A stretch of DNA of 64,000 nucleotides from Longimicrobiales bacterium (GCA_965218295.1 CBDCKN010000009.1:352001-416000); one strand, 5' to 3'; shown: positions 49,020 to 60,376, counted from the stretch's first letter. Notes: generated by a model not told the origin, from the letters alone. Program-made: numbers and translations.

Positions 49020-49574
49020 ATGGGTGAGCTTCCGCTTCGGACGCTTTTCTTCCTCTTCGGGGCCTTCGCGCTCCTCTCAGCCGGCCTGAAAGGCCGCTCG
49101 AGCAGGCGTGCTGGCGGGGGCGTCTCGGTCTTGACGCTCGTAGAGGGTCTTGCGGGCGTCGTCCTGATGGTGACGACGCTGCCGGGGGTGTTCCCTGTAC
49201 GCGTTACAGGCAGCGTCGGGATGGGGACCGCCGTGCTGGTTGTGCTCTCGACAATGACGTACCTGGGACAGGTGCGGGCGCTGAGCCGGGCTCGAGAGGA
49301 GTCGGCGGGTCAGCGGCTCTACGCCTCTATAAAGTATGGATCGGATGACGGCCCCGCGGAAGAAAGTCCTACTGAGCCGGAGGAGAGTGCTACCGAGCCG
49401 GACGAGAGCCCCGCCGAGTCGGAGGCGGTGGATCCGATCACGGCCGCCCTCCAGAGCGGGCACTTCGACGAGGAAGCCTTCCTGAGAAGCACCTCCGGCG
49501 AGGGGGAGACCCAAGGAGACGGTGACGCCGCTCCGAGGGGTGAGGATCTCCCCGAAGGGGAAGAGAAGCCGTGA
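49020..49574 (+). CDS. Hypothetical membrane protein with acidic tail
   Basis: Three hydrophobic segments; EESPTEP/EESATEP/DESPAES heptad repeat. Confidence 0.6.
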   Translation: MGELPLRTLFFLFGAFALLSAGLKGRSSRRAGGGVSVLTLVEGLAGVVLMVTTLPGVFPVRVTGSVGMGTAVLVVLSTMTYLGQVRALSRAREESAGQRLYASIKYGSDDGPAEESPTEPEESATEPDESPAESEAVDPITAALQSGHFDEEAFLRSTSGEGETQGDGDAAPRGEDLPEGEEKP

Positions 49575-49715
49575 ACTCCCACGGATCCCGATTGCCGTCC
49601 TCCTGCGCCCTGAGCATGTTCCGACCGAAGGGCGGCATCTTCCCGGGGCCCAAGCCGGTTCGATCGCCCCGACCCTCTTGGTGGCTCGCGAACTTCGGAG
49701 ACGGAACACTAGGTC

Positions 49716-50957
49716 CTAAAGCAGCGCCATCACCAGCCCGCTGCGGATCTTGGGCTCGAACCAGGTGGACTTGGGCGGCATGTGGCGATTCTGCCTGCAC
49801 ACCTCGATGAACTGCTCCATGGTGACCGCCGGCAGCATCACCGCATAGGCCGCCCGTCCCTCGTCCACGGCGGCCTGGAGCCAGGCGGCGTCCTTGTTGC
49901 TTCCCACGAAGGTCAGGCGGGGGTCCCCTGCATCGTCGATCCCGAAGACCTCGGCGAAGAGGTTCCGCTGCACGATGTCGGCGTCGATGGCCTCCACGGC
50001 GTTCTTCGGATCGAAGGTGCCGGGGAGTGGGCGCAGATGCATCCAGCCCTGCTCGGGTGAATAGAGTCCGATCTGGTGGGTTTCGGTGGGCTGATAGGCA
50101 GCCGCCTCCCGGGACCCTGCGATCTCGAACTTCCTCGCTACTGCGGCTGTCAGTCCCGAAGCCGGATCTCCTGCCTCAGTGACGAGACGGTTGTACGGGT
50201 AGATGCTCATGGTAGCGGCGGGGAAGAACACCGCTAGGAAGCTCTCGTACCCGAGCATGGCGGCGGCGGCGCTCCGGTGATTCCCGTCCGCCACGTACGC
50301 GTGGGGCTCCTCGGCGAAGAGTTGCCGGAAGTGTCCCATGGCGCTCGGATCGTCCACGATCCAGACCCGGTGCCAGTTCCCGTGGTGATCGGGGACCTCG
50401 AAGTCGGGCGCAGAGGAGGCGGCTTGGGCTTCCAGCGCGGCCTGAATCTCACCCGACGTGTCGTCGATGGCGTTGTTCACCGTCCCGATAAAAGCAACGG
50501 TGGCCTCGATGAGGTCGGCCCGGCCGCGGGCCTTGGGTTCGCGGATGCCCTCGTTCCGGATGATCGTTCCCCCGGGCGTGGCCCCGGTTCGGATCTGGGC
50601 CGTGCGCGCCATCCCGCCCAGTCCGATTTGGGGAGCGTCCGGTCGCCTCGGGTCCTCGATCTCGTAGACCCACAGCATGTTCCGGACTTCGCGTGTGAGG
50701 TCGCTCTCGATAAGCTCGTCCATGTTGAGCTTCGCCCGGGTCAGGGACGCCACCGATTCCCCCGCTGTAATGTCGGTGGGCGAGGGCGTGTCGCAGTGGG
50801 CCATGGTGACCCGGAGGATACTCATGGGGCTTCCCTGGAGCAGATCCCAGATCTCACGGTCGCCCTGGAACTCGTCGTAGTTGGGGGCGCTGATCCGGGC
50901 GGCAGCCTCCGAGTCGATGGGGACCAGGGCGCGGGGAACGGGGGTGATCGTGATCAA
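49716..50957 (-). CDS. DUF1015 family protein
   Basis: APNYDE, YVADGNHRSAAA, MPPKSTWFEPKIRSGL. Confidence 0.88.
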   Translation of the reverse strand: MITITPVPRALVPIDSEAAARISAPNYDEFQGDREIWDLLQGSPMSILRVTMAHCDTPSPTDITAGESVASLTRAKLNMDELIESDLTREVRNMLWVYEIEDPRRPDAPQIGLGGMARTAQIRTGATPGGTIIRNEGIREPKARGRADLIEATVAFIGTVNNAIDDTSGEIQAALEAQAASSAPDFEVPDHHGNWHRVWIVDDPSAMGHFRQLFAEEPHAYVADGNHRSAAAAMLGYESFLAVFFPAATMSIYPYNRLVTEAGDPASGLTAAVARKFEIAGSREAAAYQPTETHQIGLYSPEQGWMHLRPLPGTFDPKNAVEAIDADIVQRNLFAEVFGIDDAGDPRLTFVGSNKDAAWLQAAVDEGRAAYAVMLPAVTMEQFIEVCRQNRHMPPKSTWFEPKIRSGLVMALL

Positions 50958-51209
50958 GGTCGCCTCATCGGGGGAGTTGTGGTCAGATGCCGTCCGTGAT
51001 GCGCCTCAACGCAGCCTGAAACGTTGGATTTTCCCCGTGACTGCCTTAGGGAGCTGCCTGCCGGAAGATTGACTTCATGATCAACTCGGTCGTCGGAGGG
51101 TAGCCCTTCCTCGAGAACGGACCGCCCCAGCTCGAATCAAAGAGAATGCCCCCTCGCCCGGAAGCTCACAAGGAGGGGCGGACGCCGAGAGGCCGACGGC
51201 GAGTGGGCC

Positions 51210-51438
51210 GTCAGCCAGAACCTGCGCGCCGTTCACGAACACGTGGACCCTGCCGGTGGCGTACTGGTGGGGATCCTCGTAGGTGGCGTGATCGATGATG
51301 GTCTCGGGGTCGAAGATCACCACGTCGGCGAAGTGGCCGGGCTCAGGCTGCCGCGGCCGGCGATGCCGAGGTTGCCCGCCGGGAGCGAAGTCAGCTTCTT
51401 CACCGCCTCCTCAAGTGGGATGACCCGCTCCTCCCGCA
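51210..51438 (-). pseudogene. N-acyl-D-amino-acid deacylase C-terminal fragment
   Basis: [20 protein letters not shown]...[32 protein letters not shown], with a frameshift. Confidence 0.8.
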
Positions 51439-51532
51439 GGTCGAGACCGTACCGGGTAGGCGCTCGCCTCCTGCGAGTCGCGCGTCCGGCTTCCGCTTGC
51501 GCGTACCGGCCCCCGCATCAGATGTTGACCAC

Positions 51533-53712
51533 GAAACGCTCGGCACCGACGACTGCGGCCAATTCAGGCTTCAGGACCTTGAGGGCGATCAAGACGACGG
51601 CGAATCGCAGCACCCGCACATCCTGCCGCTCTTCGACTCGGGCGAGGCCGACGGCTTCCTGTACTACGTGATGCCGTACGTGGACGGGGAGTCGCTGCGC
51701 CAGAAGCTTGACCGGGAGAAGCCGCTGGCCGGGGCCGAGGCGGTCGAGATCACCCGAGTGGTGGCGAGCGCGCTCAACTACGCGCACGAGCAGGGGATCG
51801 TCCACCGCGACATCAAGCCAGAAAATATTCTGCTCCATGACGGACAACCGGTTGTCGCGGATTTCGGCATCGCCCGGGCGCCGACGGCGGAGGGGAGCGA
51901 GCGGATGACGATCGCCCATGAGAGGCTCGGCACCGCCGCGTACATGAGCCCGGAGCAGGCGGCCGGAGAGGAGCACGTCGACGCGCGCAGCGACATCTTC
52001 AGCCTCGGCTGTGTGCTGTACGAGATGTTGGCCGGAGATCCGCCGTTCGCCGGTGCGTCGCCACAGGCGGTCATCGCCCAGCGCTTCATCCAAGAGTCAC
52101 CCAGCGTGCGCAAGAGGCGCCCGAGCGTGTCGCATCGAGTCGATGCTGCGATTCGAACGGCCATGGCCCTCGAGCCGGGCGACCGATTCCAGAGCGCCGC
52201 GCGCTTCGCCGACGCGATCTCCTCGGCGGGCCTCACGTCAGAGAACGGTGAGGAGGCGAAGAAGTCCATCGCCGTACTTCCTTTCACCAAGCCGTACTTC
52301 CTTTCACCAACATGAGCGCCGATCCCGACACCGAGTTCTTCAGCGACGGGATCACGGAAGAAATCCTGAACGCGCTGGTCAGACTCCCGGGCCTTCGGGT
52401 GATCGCGCGCACGTCGTCCTTTGCCCTCAAGGGCGTAAACCTGGACGTGCGAGAGGTCGGTGAGCGCTTGGGTGTGGGCATGGTACTGGAAGGGAGCGTT
52501 CGGAAGGCGGGCAACCAGTTGCGGATCTCGGCGCAGCTCGTCGACGCCATGGCCGGACACCAGCTCTGGTCCGAGCGCTACGATCGGGAGATGAGGGATA
52601 TCTTTGCCGTTCAGGACGAGATTACCGCCGCGATCCGCGACGCGCTCAGCGAGAGGCTGCTCGGCCTCGGGCGGGCGCAGCCGCAGGCGGAACGGGCGAT
52701 CGATTCTGAGACGTACGAGCTCTTCCTGCGGGGCCGGTTCTTCGTCGCGAAGCGCGCGGAGGGAATGAAGAGAGGGATGGAGTACTTGGCCGAGGTGGTC
52801 GCACGCGCCCCGGCATACGCTCCGGCGTACGCGGAGCTGGCGACCGCGTACAGCATCCTGACACACTACTGCGCGGTGCCGCCACGGATGGGATGGCCGA
52901 AGGTGCGCGAGCTGGCCGACGCCGCGCTGCAGCTCGACCCCAGGCTGGCGCGCGCACACGCCGAGCTTGGAGGTGCGGCGTTCTGGTTCGACTGGGACTG
53001 GCAGGAGGCACAGACGCACTTCGAGCGCGCCGTCTCCCTCGACCCGAATGATCCATGGGTCAACGTGCTGTTCGCGACGTACTTGTCGTCGCTCGGCGAG
53101 GCGGTCGAAGACTGCGAGCGCGCGAGATCCCTCGATCCACTCAATCCGTCGGTCAGCACGGGGCTCGCCATCACCCAGTTCCTCGCACTCCGTCACGAGG
53201 AAGCGGTTGCGGTGTGCGACCGGATCATCGATCAGGATGCCACCTACTCCGACGCTTACCGCGTCAAAGGTGGGGTGCTGCGGGAGCTCCGGAGGTTCGA
53301 CGAAGCGATCGACCCCACGGAGGCGGCCGTTAGGGCCTCGGGCGCACATCCCTGGATGGTGTCTCTCAGCGGGATGCTCCACGCGGCCGCCGGCCGAGTC
53401 GACGACGCCCGCGCGGTCGTGGAGGAGCTGATCGAGAGGCACACGAACGCAACGGCGCCCCCGCTCGTTCCCCCGCTGGCGATCGCACTGGTGCTCGGGC
53501 AGCTTGAGGATGCCGATGCCTATTTCAAGTGGATGGAGCGCTCGTTCGAGGCGCGCGATGGCTGGCTCGTGATGCTCCGCGCCGACCCTTCCTTCGAACG
53601 GCACAGCGAGGATCCGCGCTACTCCGATCTCGTCGAGCGCGTCGGAATCCCCGAATGGACTCCGACGTATCCACGGGCGACCACAACCCATGAGCACCCT
53701 CGCCCCGCGTGA
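51533..53712 (+). pseudogene. Ser/Thr kinase + TolB-like + TPR protein, disrupted
   Basis: HRDIKPEN, DFG, YMSPEQ; SIAVLPF-N split by a 20-bp duplication (52271-52310); N-lobe missing or inverted. Confidence 0.85.
52271..52310. repeat. Perfect 20-bp tandem duplication gccgtacttcctttcaccaa
   Basis: Two adjacent identical units. Confidence 0.95.
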
Positions 53713-53778
53713 CCAGGAGGCTGGCGCCTGCATAGCACTCCGCGGTTGAGCTGGCACTGCCGGCTGACCCTCTAGCCC

Positions 53779-55513
53779 ATGGAAAGGTTCTACATCGGCC
53801 TCGCCACGAGCTTTCACGATCCCGCAGTGGCCGTGGTGAACTCGTCGGGGGAAGTCGTCTTCGCCGAGGCGTCGGAGCGATACCTACAGGACAAGAGAGC
53901 CCAAGGGTCTGCCGCGGACGTCCGTGAAACCGTCCGGCGAATCATTAGGGACTACTGTGATCTACGAGGCGAGTACGTCATCGCGAAATCGTGGAGCCGC
54001 AAAGCGACCAGGGCGTTGGACCTTCTCTACCTTCTCGGTTTCGCACGCCACGAGCGGCTGCCCCATCGACCCGGGGTCCCGAGCCGGTTCCTCGCCGATC
54101 GGCGCGCTCTGTTCGGATCCGTGTGGCAGCAGCACACAGCGAACAAACTCTCCGGCGGGCATTTCGCCGACGTTCTCTCCCGGCTCGGCCGTCCCCGAGT
54201 GTCCTACGTCGCCTTTCCGCACCATCTGACCCACGCCGCTACCGGCGGTTTCACGAGCCCGTTCGAGCAGGCCGCCTGCATGGTCGTCGACGGCCACGGC
54301 GAGGGGGGATCGATCAGCTACTTCGAGTACAGGGAGGGGCGGATCCGGCTCGTCAAGCGCATGCAGGGGGCGGAGAGTCTCGGCACGCTCTACTCGCTTT
54401 GCACCGATCTGTGCGGATTCAGCTCCGAGAAGGGCGAGCAGTGGAAGATGATGGGGCTGGCGCCCTACGGAAGGCTGAACCCGGAGATCCACCACGCCTT
54501 CAAGTCGCTGGCCAAGACCAACAGCATGACCTTCCGGTATCCACCCACCCGACGCGTCCGAGAGTGGGTCGAGGGGAATGAGACGCTGGGCGCGCCCCGA
54601 GGACGCTGATCCCATGGCGGCCGCGGATCTCGCGTTCACGACGCAGCACTTCTACGGCGAAGTGATGGACGGGCTGCTGAAGAGCTTCTATACGATGGGC
54701 CTCTCGGAGAATCTCGTCCTCGTCGGTGGCTGCGCGCTCAACTCCTCCTACAACGGTCAGATCGTGGGACGGACGGGCTTCAAGAAACTGCACGTTCCGA
54801 GCGCTCCGGCCGACGACGGGAACGCCGTGGGAGCGGCGCTCCTGGCCTACTACAAGGATCATCCGGAGAGGAAGCCCAGGGCCAGCGTGCATAGCCCCTA
54901 CCTCGGATCGCCCATCTCGAAACGCACGCTCGGCAACCTGGCCAGGTTCGGGCGCATCCCCGGGCTGCGCCACGTTCCGGATACCTTGCACCAGGATGCC
55001 GCCCGTCTGCTGGCAGAAGGCAAGCTGCTGGGATGGATCCAGGGTCGCGCCGAGTTTGGCCCGCGCGCCCTCGGCAACCGTTCCATCCTCGCCGATCCTC
55101 GCCACGAGAACGTGAAGGAGAGGATCAACTCGATGGTGAAGTTCCGGGAGGAATTCCGCCCGTTCGCCCCATCGATCCTGGATGAGTTCGGGGATGAGTA
55201 CTTCGAGGACTACCAGGTCTCACCGTACATGGAGCGGGCACTCGTCTTCAGAGAGAGCGCCCGTACGAAGGTGCTCGGCATCGTGCACGTGAACCAGACC
55301 GGCAGGTTGCAGTCCGTGCGGCGCGAGTGGAACGAGCGGTTCTACGATTTGATCCGGGCCTTCTACGATCAGACCGGCGTGCCGCTCCTGCTCAACACGA
55401 GCTTCAATGTGCTCGGCAAGCCCATCATCCATTCGTTGGAGGATGCCTTGGGGGTCTTCTACACCACGGGCCTGGATGTTTTGGTGGTCGAGGATTACCT
55501 GATCGAGAAGTGA
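53779..55513 (+). pseudogene. CmcH/NodU family carbamoyltransferase, +1 frameshift
   Basis: FHDPA, HHLTHAA, VDGHGE, KMMGLAPYG, GGCALN, EFGPRALGNRSILADP, LNTSFN; extra G at 54573-54576. Confidence 0.85.
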
Positions 55514-55584
55514 GCTCCCGCCGCGGGACCTGGGGGTGCCTCCGCTGATCGTGATGCGAAGCCCGTGACCTGGAGTCAGCAGCC

Positions 55585-55690
55585 GTGAAGTATCCGAAGC
55601 GAAGCCAGTACAAGCACGCGAAATCTCAGTATCGGTTACGGAATTGGTCTGAGTACGAAGCTGGCCTCCAGCGTCGTGGCGACCATGCAC
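55585..55690 (+). mobile_element. IS5-family transposase N-terminal remnant
   Basis: YRLRNWSEYEAGLQRRGD resembles the IS5/IS903-type 'YRVTNWxEYxxxLxxRG' motif. Confidence 0.7.
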
Positions 55691-55769
55691 CAACGCCTGA
55701 GATTGCGGGGGTGGAGTGGGATTGTGGGGGGGAGTGGCGGTGGAGGCCGAAAGACCCCAGCCTTCACCT

Positions 55770-56520
55770 ATGAACTCAAAGCGAAGACCGTGCCGCGCCG
55801 GAGTGCTCCTCGCTGCGTTCTCGGTGGTCGCCTGTGCGACCCCGCCCGGGCTCGAGGCGCCGGCCCCGACAGCGCTCGAAGATCCCCTGGCCCTCCACTG
55901 GGCCCGCACCGCGGCGGAGCACCGGGCCGTATACGAGCAGACCTTCCGGTGGATCGGGGAGCGCGTGGCCGCCCAAGCACAGGGACGGGATCGGGGCACA
56001 TGGGCCGTGATCATGGATGCCGACGAGACGGTCCTGGACAACTCCGAGTATCAGCTTCGCCGGGCCCGCCAGGGCCTGGGTTACACTCCCAAGAGCTGGA
56101 ACGCCTGGGTGCGGGAAGAGGCCGCACCGGCGCTCCCAGGGGCCGTGGCGCTCGTGCGCAGGATCGGCGAGATGGGAGGGCGCGTGGCCATCGTCAGTAA
56201 CCGTGACGAGGAGGTGTGCGATCCGACGCGGCGTAACCTGGAGGCCGTGGGGTTGGACGTCGATGTGGTGCTGTGCCGGCAGCGCCCCGGGGGCAAAGAG
56301 GGCCAGTTCCGTGCGGTCGCGGAGGGAGGTACGTCAGCCGGCCTGCCTCGACTCGAGGTCGTGGCCTGGGTGGGGGACAACATCCAGGATTTTCCGGGAG
56401 GATCCCAGGAGCTCCGCGACGCGGAGCCCGAGTCGCTCGCCGATTTCGGGGTGCGTTTCTTCATCCTACCCAACCCTATGTACGGAAGCTGGGAGAGGAA
56501 CCCCCCCCCGAGATCCCTGA
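55770..56520 (+). CDS. Class C acid phosphatase / 5'-nucleotidase lipoprotein e(P4) family
   Basis: VVAC lipobox, DADETVLDNS, VSNR, GDNIQDF, LPNPMYGSW; as read the frame stays open to 56750, but removing one C from the C9 run gives a stop at 56520. Confidence 0.85.
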
Positions 56521-56612
56521 ACGCGCATCTGGGCGCACAGGATGGTGGAGGAGGGAGGCGTCCGAGGTCGCCGAACAGATGTCAGGGGGGCGCACCCGGA
56601 GTCGGCGGAACC

Positions 56613-59600
56613 TCAAGGCCCGTTCGCCTGCACCCCATCGTTGCCCACCTTCACGAGCCGCACGCGTGCCTTCCCGAACATCTCCTGAAGCTCGCCCAGG
56701 GCTTCCCCACTGGGATCGACCTTCAGTGTCCGCGACCGGAGAAGTGGTGAGAGCGTGCCGTTGTCACTGCCCAGCGTGAGCTCCACGGGCGCCGTTCCGG
56801 GGTGGGCCACCAGGACCTCCTTGGCCCGTGCGAATACGTGGGCGTCCAGCTCGGCCCCGATGGGGAGCTCGATCTGAAGGGCCAGCTTGCCACTGTTGGC
56901 GAGCCCCTCCAACAGGACGGCCTCGTCGAGAAAGATGGGCGGATCCTCTTCGTCCCGCTCGCGTCCGCTGACTTTCCCGGAGATGAGCACCACAACGTCC
57001 TGCTGGAGGACTTCCGTGTACTTCTGCCAGTTGTCCTTGAAGGCCAGGATGGTGGTGGTTCCGTGGAAGTCCTCTACGGTGATCTTCCCCCACTCCGAGT
57101 TGTCCCGGCGCGAGATCTGCCGCGCCACCTTGGTCACCACGCAAGCCAGCTGCACGGGCTGCCCCGCGTGGTCCTTGAGATTGCTCGAGTTCAGAAGGTC
57201 GAAGGCCCGGACCACGTCCCCATGGCGATCCAGCGGATGCCCGGAGATGAAGAAGCCCAGCGCCTCCTTTTCCCTCTTGAGGCGCTCCTGGTCGGGCCAC
57301 TCGGGCACGCCCGGCAGGCCCGGATCGGATCTCTCGAGGGCCGTCTCGCTGACTCCGAAAAGCGACCCTTGGCCGGCCTCCTCCTCGGCCTTCCGGGCGC
57401 TGATCTCCGAGTACGCCGTGTCGAGGCCGGCCAGGAGCTGGGACCGGTATCCGAACGAATCCAGGGCGCCCGCAGCGATCAGGGCTTCCGCCGCGCGCTT
57501 GTTCAAGGCCCGCAGGTCGACCCGCTCCAGAAAGTCGAACATGGTCTTGAAGGGCCCGTCGCTGCGGGCGGCCAGGATCGACTTCACCCCGCTCGACCCG
57601 ACGCCCCGGACCGCGCCCAGCCCGAATCGGATCTGCGTCTCGCTCACCACCGTGAATTTCCACCCCGACTCGTTCACATCCGGAGGGAGGACCTCGAGCC
57701 CGTCGTTCAGCTGTGGGAGGTACCGAGGCAGATCCCGGCACTCAGCGATGTACTTCACGACGTCGTCGGTGTTGGAGAGCACCGCCGAGAGCATGGCCGC
57801 CATGAACTCGGCCGGGAAGTGCGCCTTGAGCCACGCCGTGTGATACGAGAGGAGCGAGTACGCGACCGAATGGGACAGGTTGAAGCCGTACCGCCCGAAG
57901 GTCTCGATCTGTTCGGCGAGGTTCTGCGCGACACGCTTGTCAACGCCCCGCTCCACCGACTTGTCGATGAACTGAGCGAGCTCCTCCCGGATGAGCTTGG
58001 CGATCTTCTTTCCCATCGCCTTCCGGAGCACGTCCGCCTCGGCCATGTTGTAGCCCGCCAGGACGTTGGCGATGCGCATCACCTGTTCCTGATAGACGAT
58101 GATGCCGTACGTGGACTCCAGGACGGGCTCGAGATCCGGATGGTCGTAGCGCACCGGCTCCTGGCCGACCTTGCGCCGGATGTACGCGTCGGTCATGCCC
58201 GAGTCGAGCGGGCCCGGCCGAATGAGGGCGTTGGTGGCCACCAGGTCGTCGAAGCGGTCGCAGCGCATCGCTCGCAGCTTGTCCACCGCCAGTCGTGACT
58301 CGAACTGGAAGACGCCGGAGGTGCCGCCCCGAGCCAGCATCCGGTAGACGGCGGGGTCGTCCAGGGGGACGTCGTCCATGGTCTCGTAGACGTCGGCGCT
58401 CTCCGGGTGCCGTAGCTCTCCGAGCCGGGCCTTCACGGCCTCCACCGCGTCGTGGATGACCGTGAGGGTCTTGAGGCCCAGGAAGTCCATCTTGAGCATC
58501 CCCGCGTCCTCGAGGCAGTTCATGTCGTACTGTGTGACGTACGTTGCTTCGCCGGCGTCGCCGTTCGACCCGCTCTTCCCGGTCTGGATGCACACCGGCA
58601 CGTAGTCGTCCAGCGGACCGGGGGCGATGACGACGCCGGCGGCGTGGACCGAGGAATGCCTCGAGAGGCCCTCGAGCGTCATCGAGTAGTCGAAGAGCTG
58701 CTGGTATCGCCCCCCCTCCTCGTAGAGCTCCCTGACCTCCTTGAGCCCCTTCACGGCCTCCTCCACCGTGAAGGCTTGGCCGGGCGCGTTGGGGATCATT
58801 TTGGCGATGCGGTCGGTCTCGGATGGCTCGAACCCCAGAGTCCGCCCCACGTCCCGGATCACCGCCCGCGACTTCATGGTCCCGAAAGTGATGATCTGCC
58901 CGACGGCGTTCTGACCGTACTTGTCCTTCACGTAGTCGATGACTTCTCCCCGACGCTCGTAGCAGAAGTCGATGTCGATATCCGGCATCGAGATCCGCTC
59001 GGGGTTGAGGAAGCGCTCGAAGAGGAGCCCGAACTCCAGCGGATCCAGGTTGGTGATCCAGAGCGCGTAGGCCACGATGGACCCGGCGGCGGAGCCCCTT
59101 CCGGGACCCACGGGGATTCCGTGACGCCGGGCCCAGTCGATGAAGTCCCAGGTGATCAGGAAGTATCCGGCGTAGCCCGTCTCGGTGATGACGCCGAGCT
59201 CGTAGTCAAGTCGCTTCTGAACGGGCTCCGGCAGCGGACTGCCGTAGCGCTTCTCGGCGCCTTGGATCGCCAGGTGGACCAGGTACTCGTTCTCATCCTC
59301 GTGCCCCTCGGGCAGAGGGAACGCCGGCAGGTGGTAGGTCTTCTTGAAGCCGAGGTTCACCTCGTCGGCGATCTTGAGCGTGTTCTCGAGGACGTCGGGC
59401 CGGTCCGGAAATCGCTCGGCGATCTCCGGGGCGCTCTTGAAGTAGAGGCCCTGGTCGTAGCGCATGCGGCGCGGGTCGCTTCGGTCCTTCCCGAGGCCGA
59501 TGCACAGGAGCACGTCGTGGGCCTCGTGGTCCTCCGCCTGCAGGAAGTGGGCATCGTTCGTGGCGATGACCGGGAGCCCCATCTCCTCGCTCAGCTTGAA

Positions 59601-60170
59601 GATCTTGGTGTTGAGCTCGGCCTGTCCTTCCGAGTCGTGGGCCTGGACCTCCAGGTAGTAGCGGTCCCGGAAGAGGTTGGCGTACCAGTCGGCGGCTGCA
59701 CGGGCCCCCTCCCAGTTGTCGGCCATGAGGTTCCGGGCCACCTCCCCCGCCATGCAGGCGGAGCTGACGACGATGCCGCCGGAATGCGCCGCCAGGACCT
59801 CCCGGTCCACCCGCGGCCTGTGATAGAAGCCCTCCGTGTATCCGATGGAGGAGAGCTTCACGAGGTTCTCGTAGCCCTCCATGTCCCGGGCCAGAAGGAC
59901 CAGATGGTAGTAGGCCCGTTCTTCCTGGCCGACCTTCGAGCGGTCCCGGCGATCCCCGGGAGCCACGTAGGCCTCCATCCCGATAATGGGCTTGAGCCCT
60001 TCCTTGCTGGCCAGCTTGTGGAATGCCCAGGCGCCGAAGAGGCAGCCGTGGTCCGTAAGGGCCAGTCCGGGCATCTCGAATTCCTTGGCCCGGTGAACGA
60101 GGTCGGTGAGGCGGTTGGCTCCGTCGAGGAGGGAGTACTCGGAGTGTGTATGGAGGTGGACGAAGCTCAC
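56613..60170 (-). CDS. dnaE: DNA polymerase III alpha subunit
   Basis: HLHTHSEYSLLDG PHP domain, GPGRGSAAGS, PDIDIDF, KMDFLGL, OB fold. Confidence 0.97.
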   Translation of the reverse strand: MSFVHLHTHSEYSLLDGANRLTDLVHRAKEFEMPGLALTDHGCLFGAWAFHKLASKEGLKPIIGMEAYVAPGDRRDRSKVGQEERAYYHLVLLARDMEGYENLVKLSSIGYTEGFYHRPRVDREVLAAHSGGIVVSSACMAGEVARNLMADNWEGARAAADWYANLFRDRYYLEVQAHDSEGQAELNTKIFKLSEEMGLPVIATNDAHFLQAEDHEAHDVLLCIGLGKDRSDPRRMRYDQGLYFKSAPEIAERFPDRPDVLENTLKIADEVNLGFKKTYHLPAFPLPEGHEDENEYLVHLAIQGAEKRYGSPLPEPVQKRLDYELGVITETGYAGYFLITWDFIDWARRHGIPVGPGRGSAAGSIVAYALWITNLDPLEFGLLFERFLNPERISMPDIDIDFCYERRGEVIDYVKDKYGQNAVGQIITFGTMKSRAVIRDVGRTLGFEPSETDRIAKMIPNAPGQAFTVEEAVKGLKEVRELYEEGGRYQQLFDYSMTLEGLSRHSSVHAAGVVIAPGPLDDYVPVCIQTGKSGSNGDAGEATYVTQYDMNCLEDAGMLKMDFLGLKTLTVIHDAVEAVKARLGELRHPESADVYETMDDVPLDDPAVYRMLARGGTSGVFQFESRLAVDKLRAMRCDRFDDLVATNALIRPGPLDSGMTDAYIRRKVGQEPVRYDHPDLEPVLESTYGIIVYQEQVMRIANVLAGYNMAEADVLRKAMGKKIAKLIREELAQFIDKSVERGVDKRVAQNLAEQIETFGRYGFNLSHSVAYSLLSYHTAWLKAHFPAEFMAAMLSAVLSNTDDVVKYIAECRDLPRYLPQLNDGLEVLPPDVNESGWKFTVVSETQIRFGLGAVRGVGSSGVKSILAARSDGPFKTMFDFLERVDLRALNKRAAEALIAAGALDSFGYRSQLLAGLDTAYSEISARKAEEEAGQGSLFGVSETALERSDPGLPGVPEWPDQERLKREKEALGFFISGHPLDRHGDVVRAFDLLNSSNLKDHAGQPVQLACVVTKVARQISRRDNSEWGKITVEDFHGTTTILAFKDNWQKYTEVLQQDVVVLISGKVSGRERDEEDPPIFLDEAVLLEGLANSGKLALQIELPIGAELDAHVFARAKEVLVAHPGTAPVELTLGSDNGTLSPLLRSRTLKVDPSGEALGELQEMFGKARVRLVKVGNDGVQANGP

Positions 60171-60247
60171 AGCGCTCGGTTCACACAGTCAGGTTGAGGG
60201 GGCGGTCGGGCACACTTCTCAGCGACGAAAGCGGTCGACGACCCTCC

Positions 60248-60276
60248 ATTCTACACCGTGTGGGGAGAGGTCACAA
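60248..60276 (-). promoter_or_regulatory. Putative sigma70 promoter of dnaE
   Basis: Minus strand TTGTGA-N17-TAGAAT, about 77 bp upstream of the start. Confidence 0.55.
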
Positions 60277-60376
60277 AGAACCGGATGCGCCGATGGCGTA
60301 ACCACGCGCTTTGGGGTTCGAGAACTCCGCCACTGGGGGGGCGTCGAGTGCCGTGGGCCCCCGGGAGTGGCCCTCG

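Noticed and set aside
60171..60376. Riboswitch or ncRNA upstream of dnaE
   Set aside because: Some pairing potential, but no family consensus recognised; an Rfam/Infernal search would be needed
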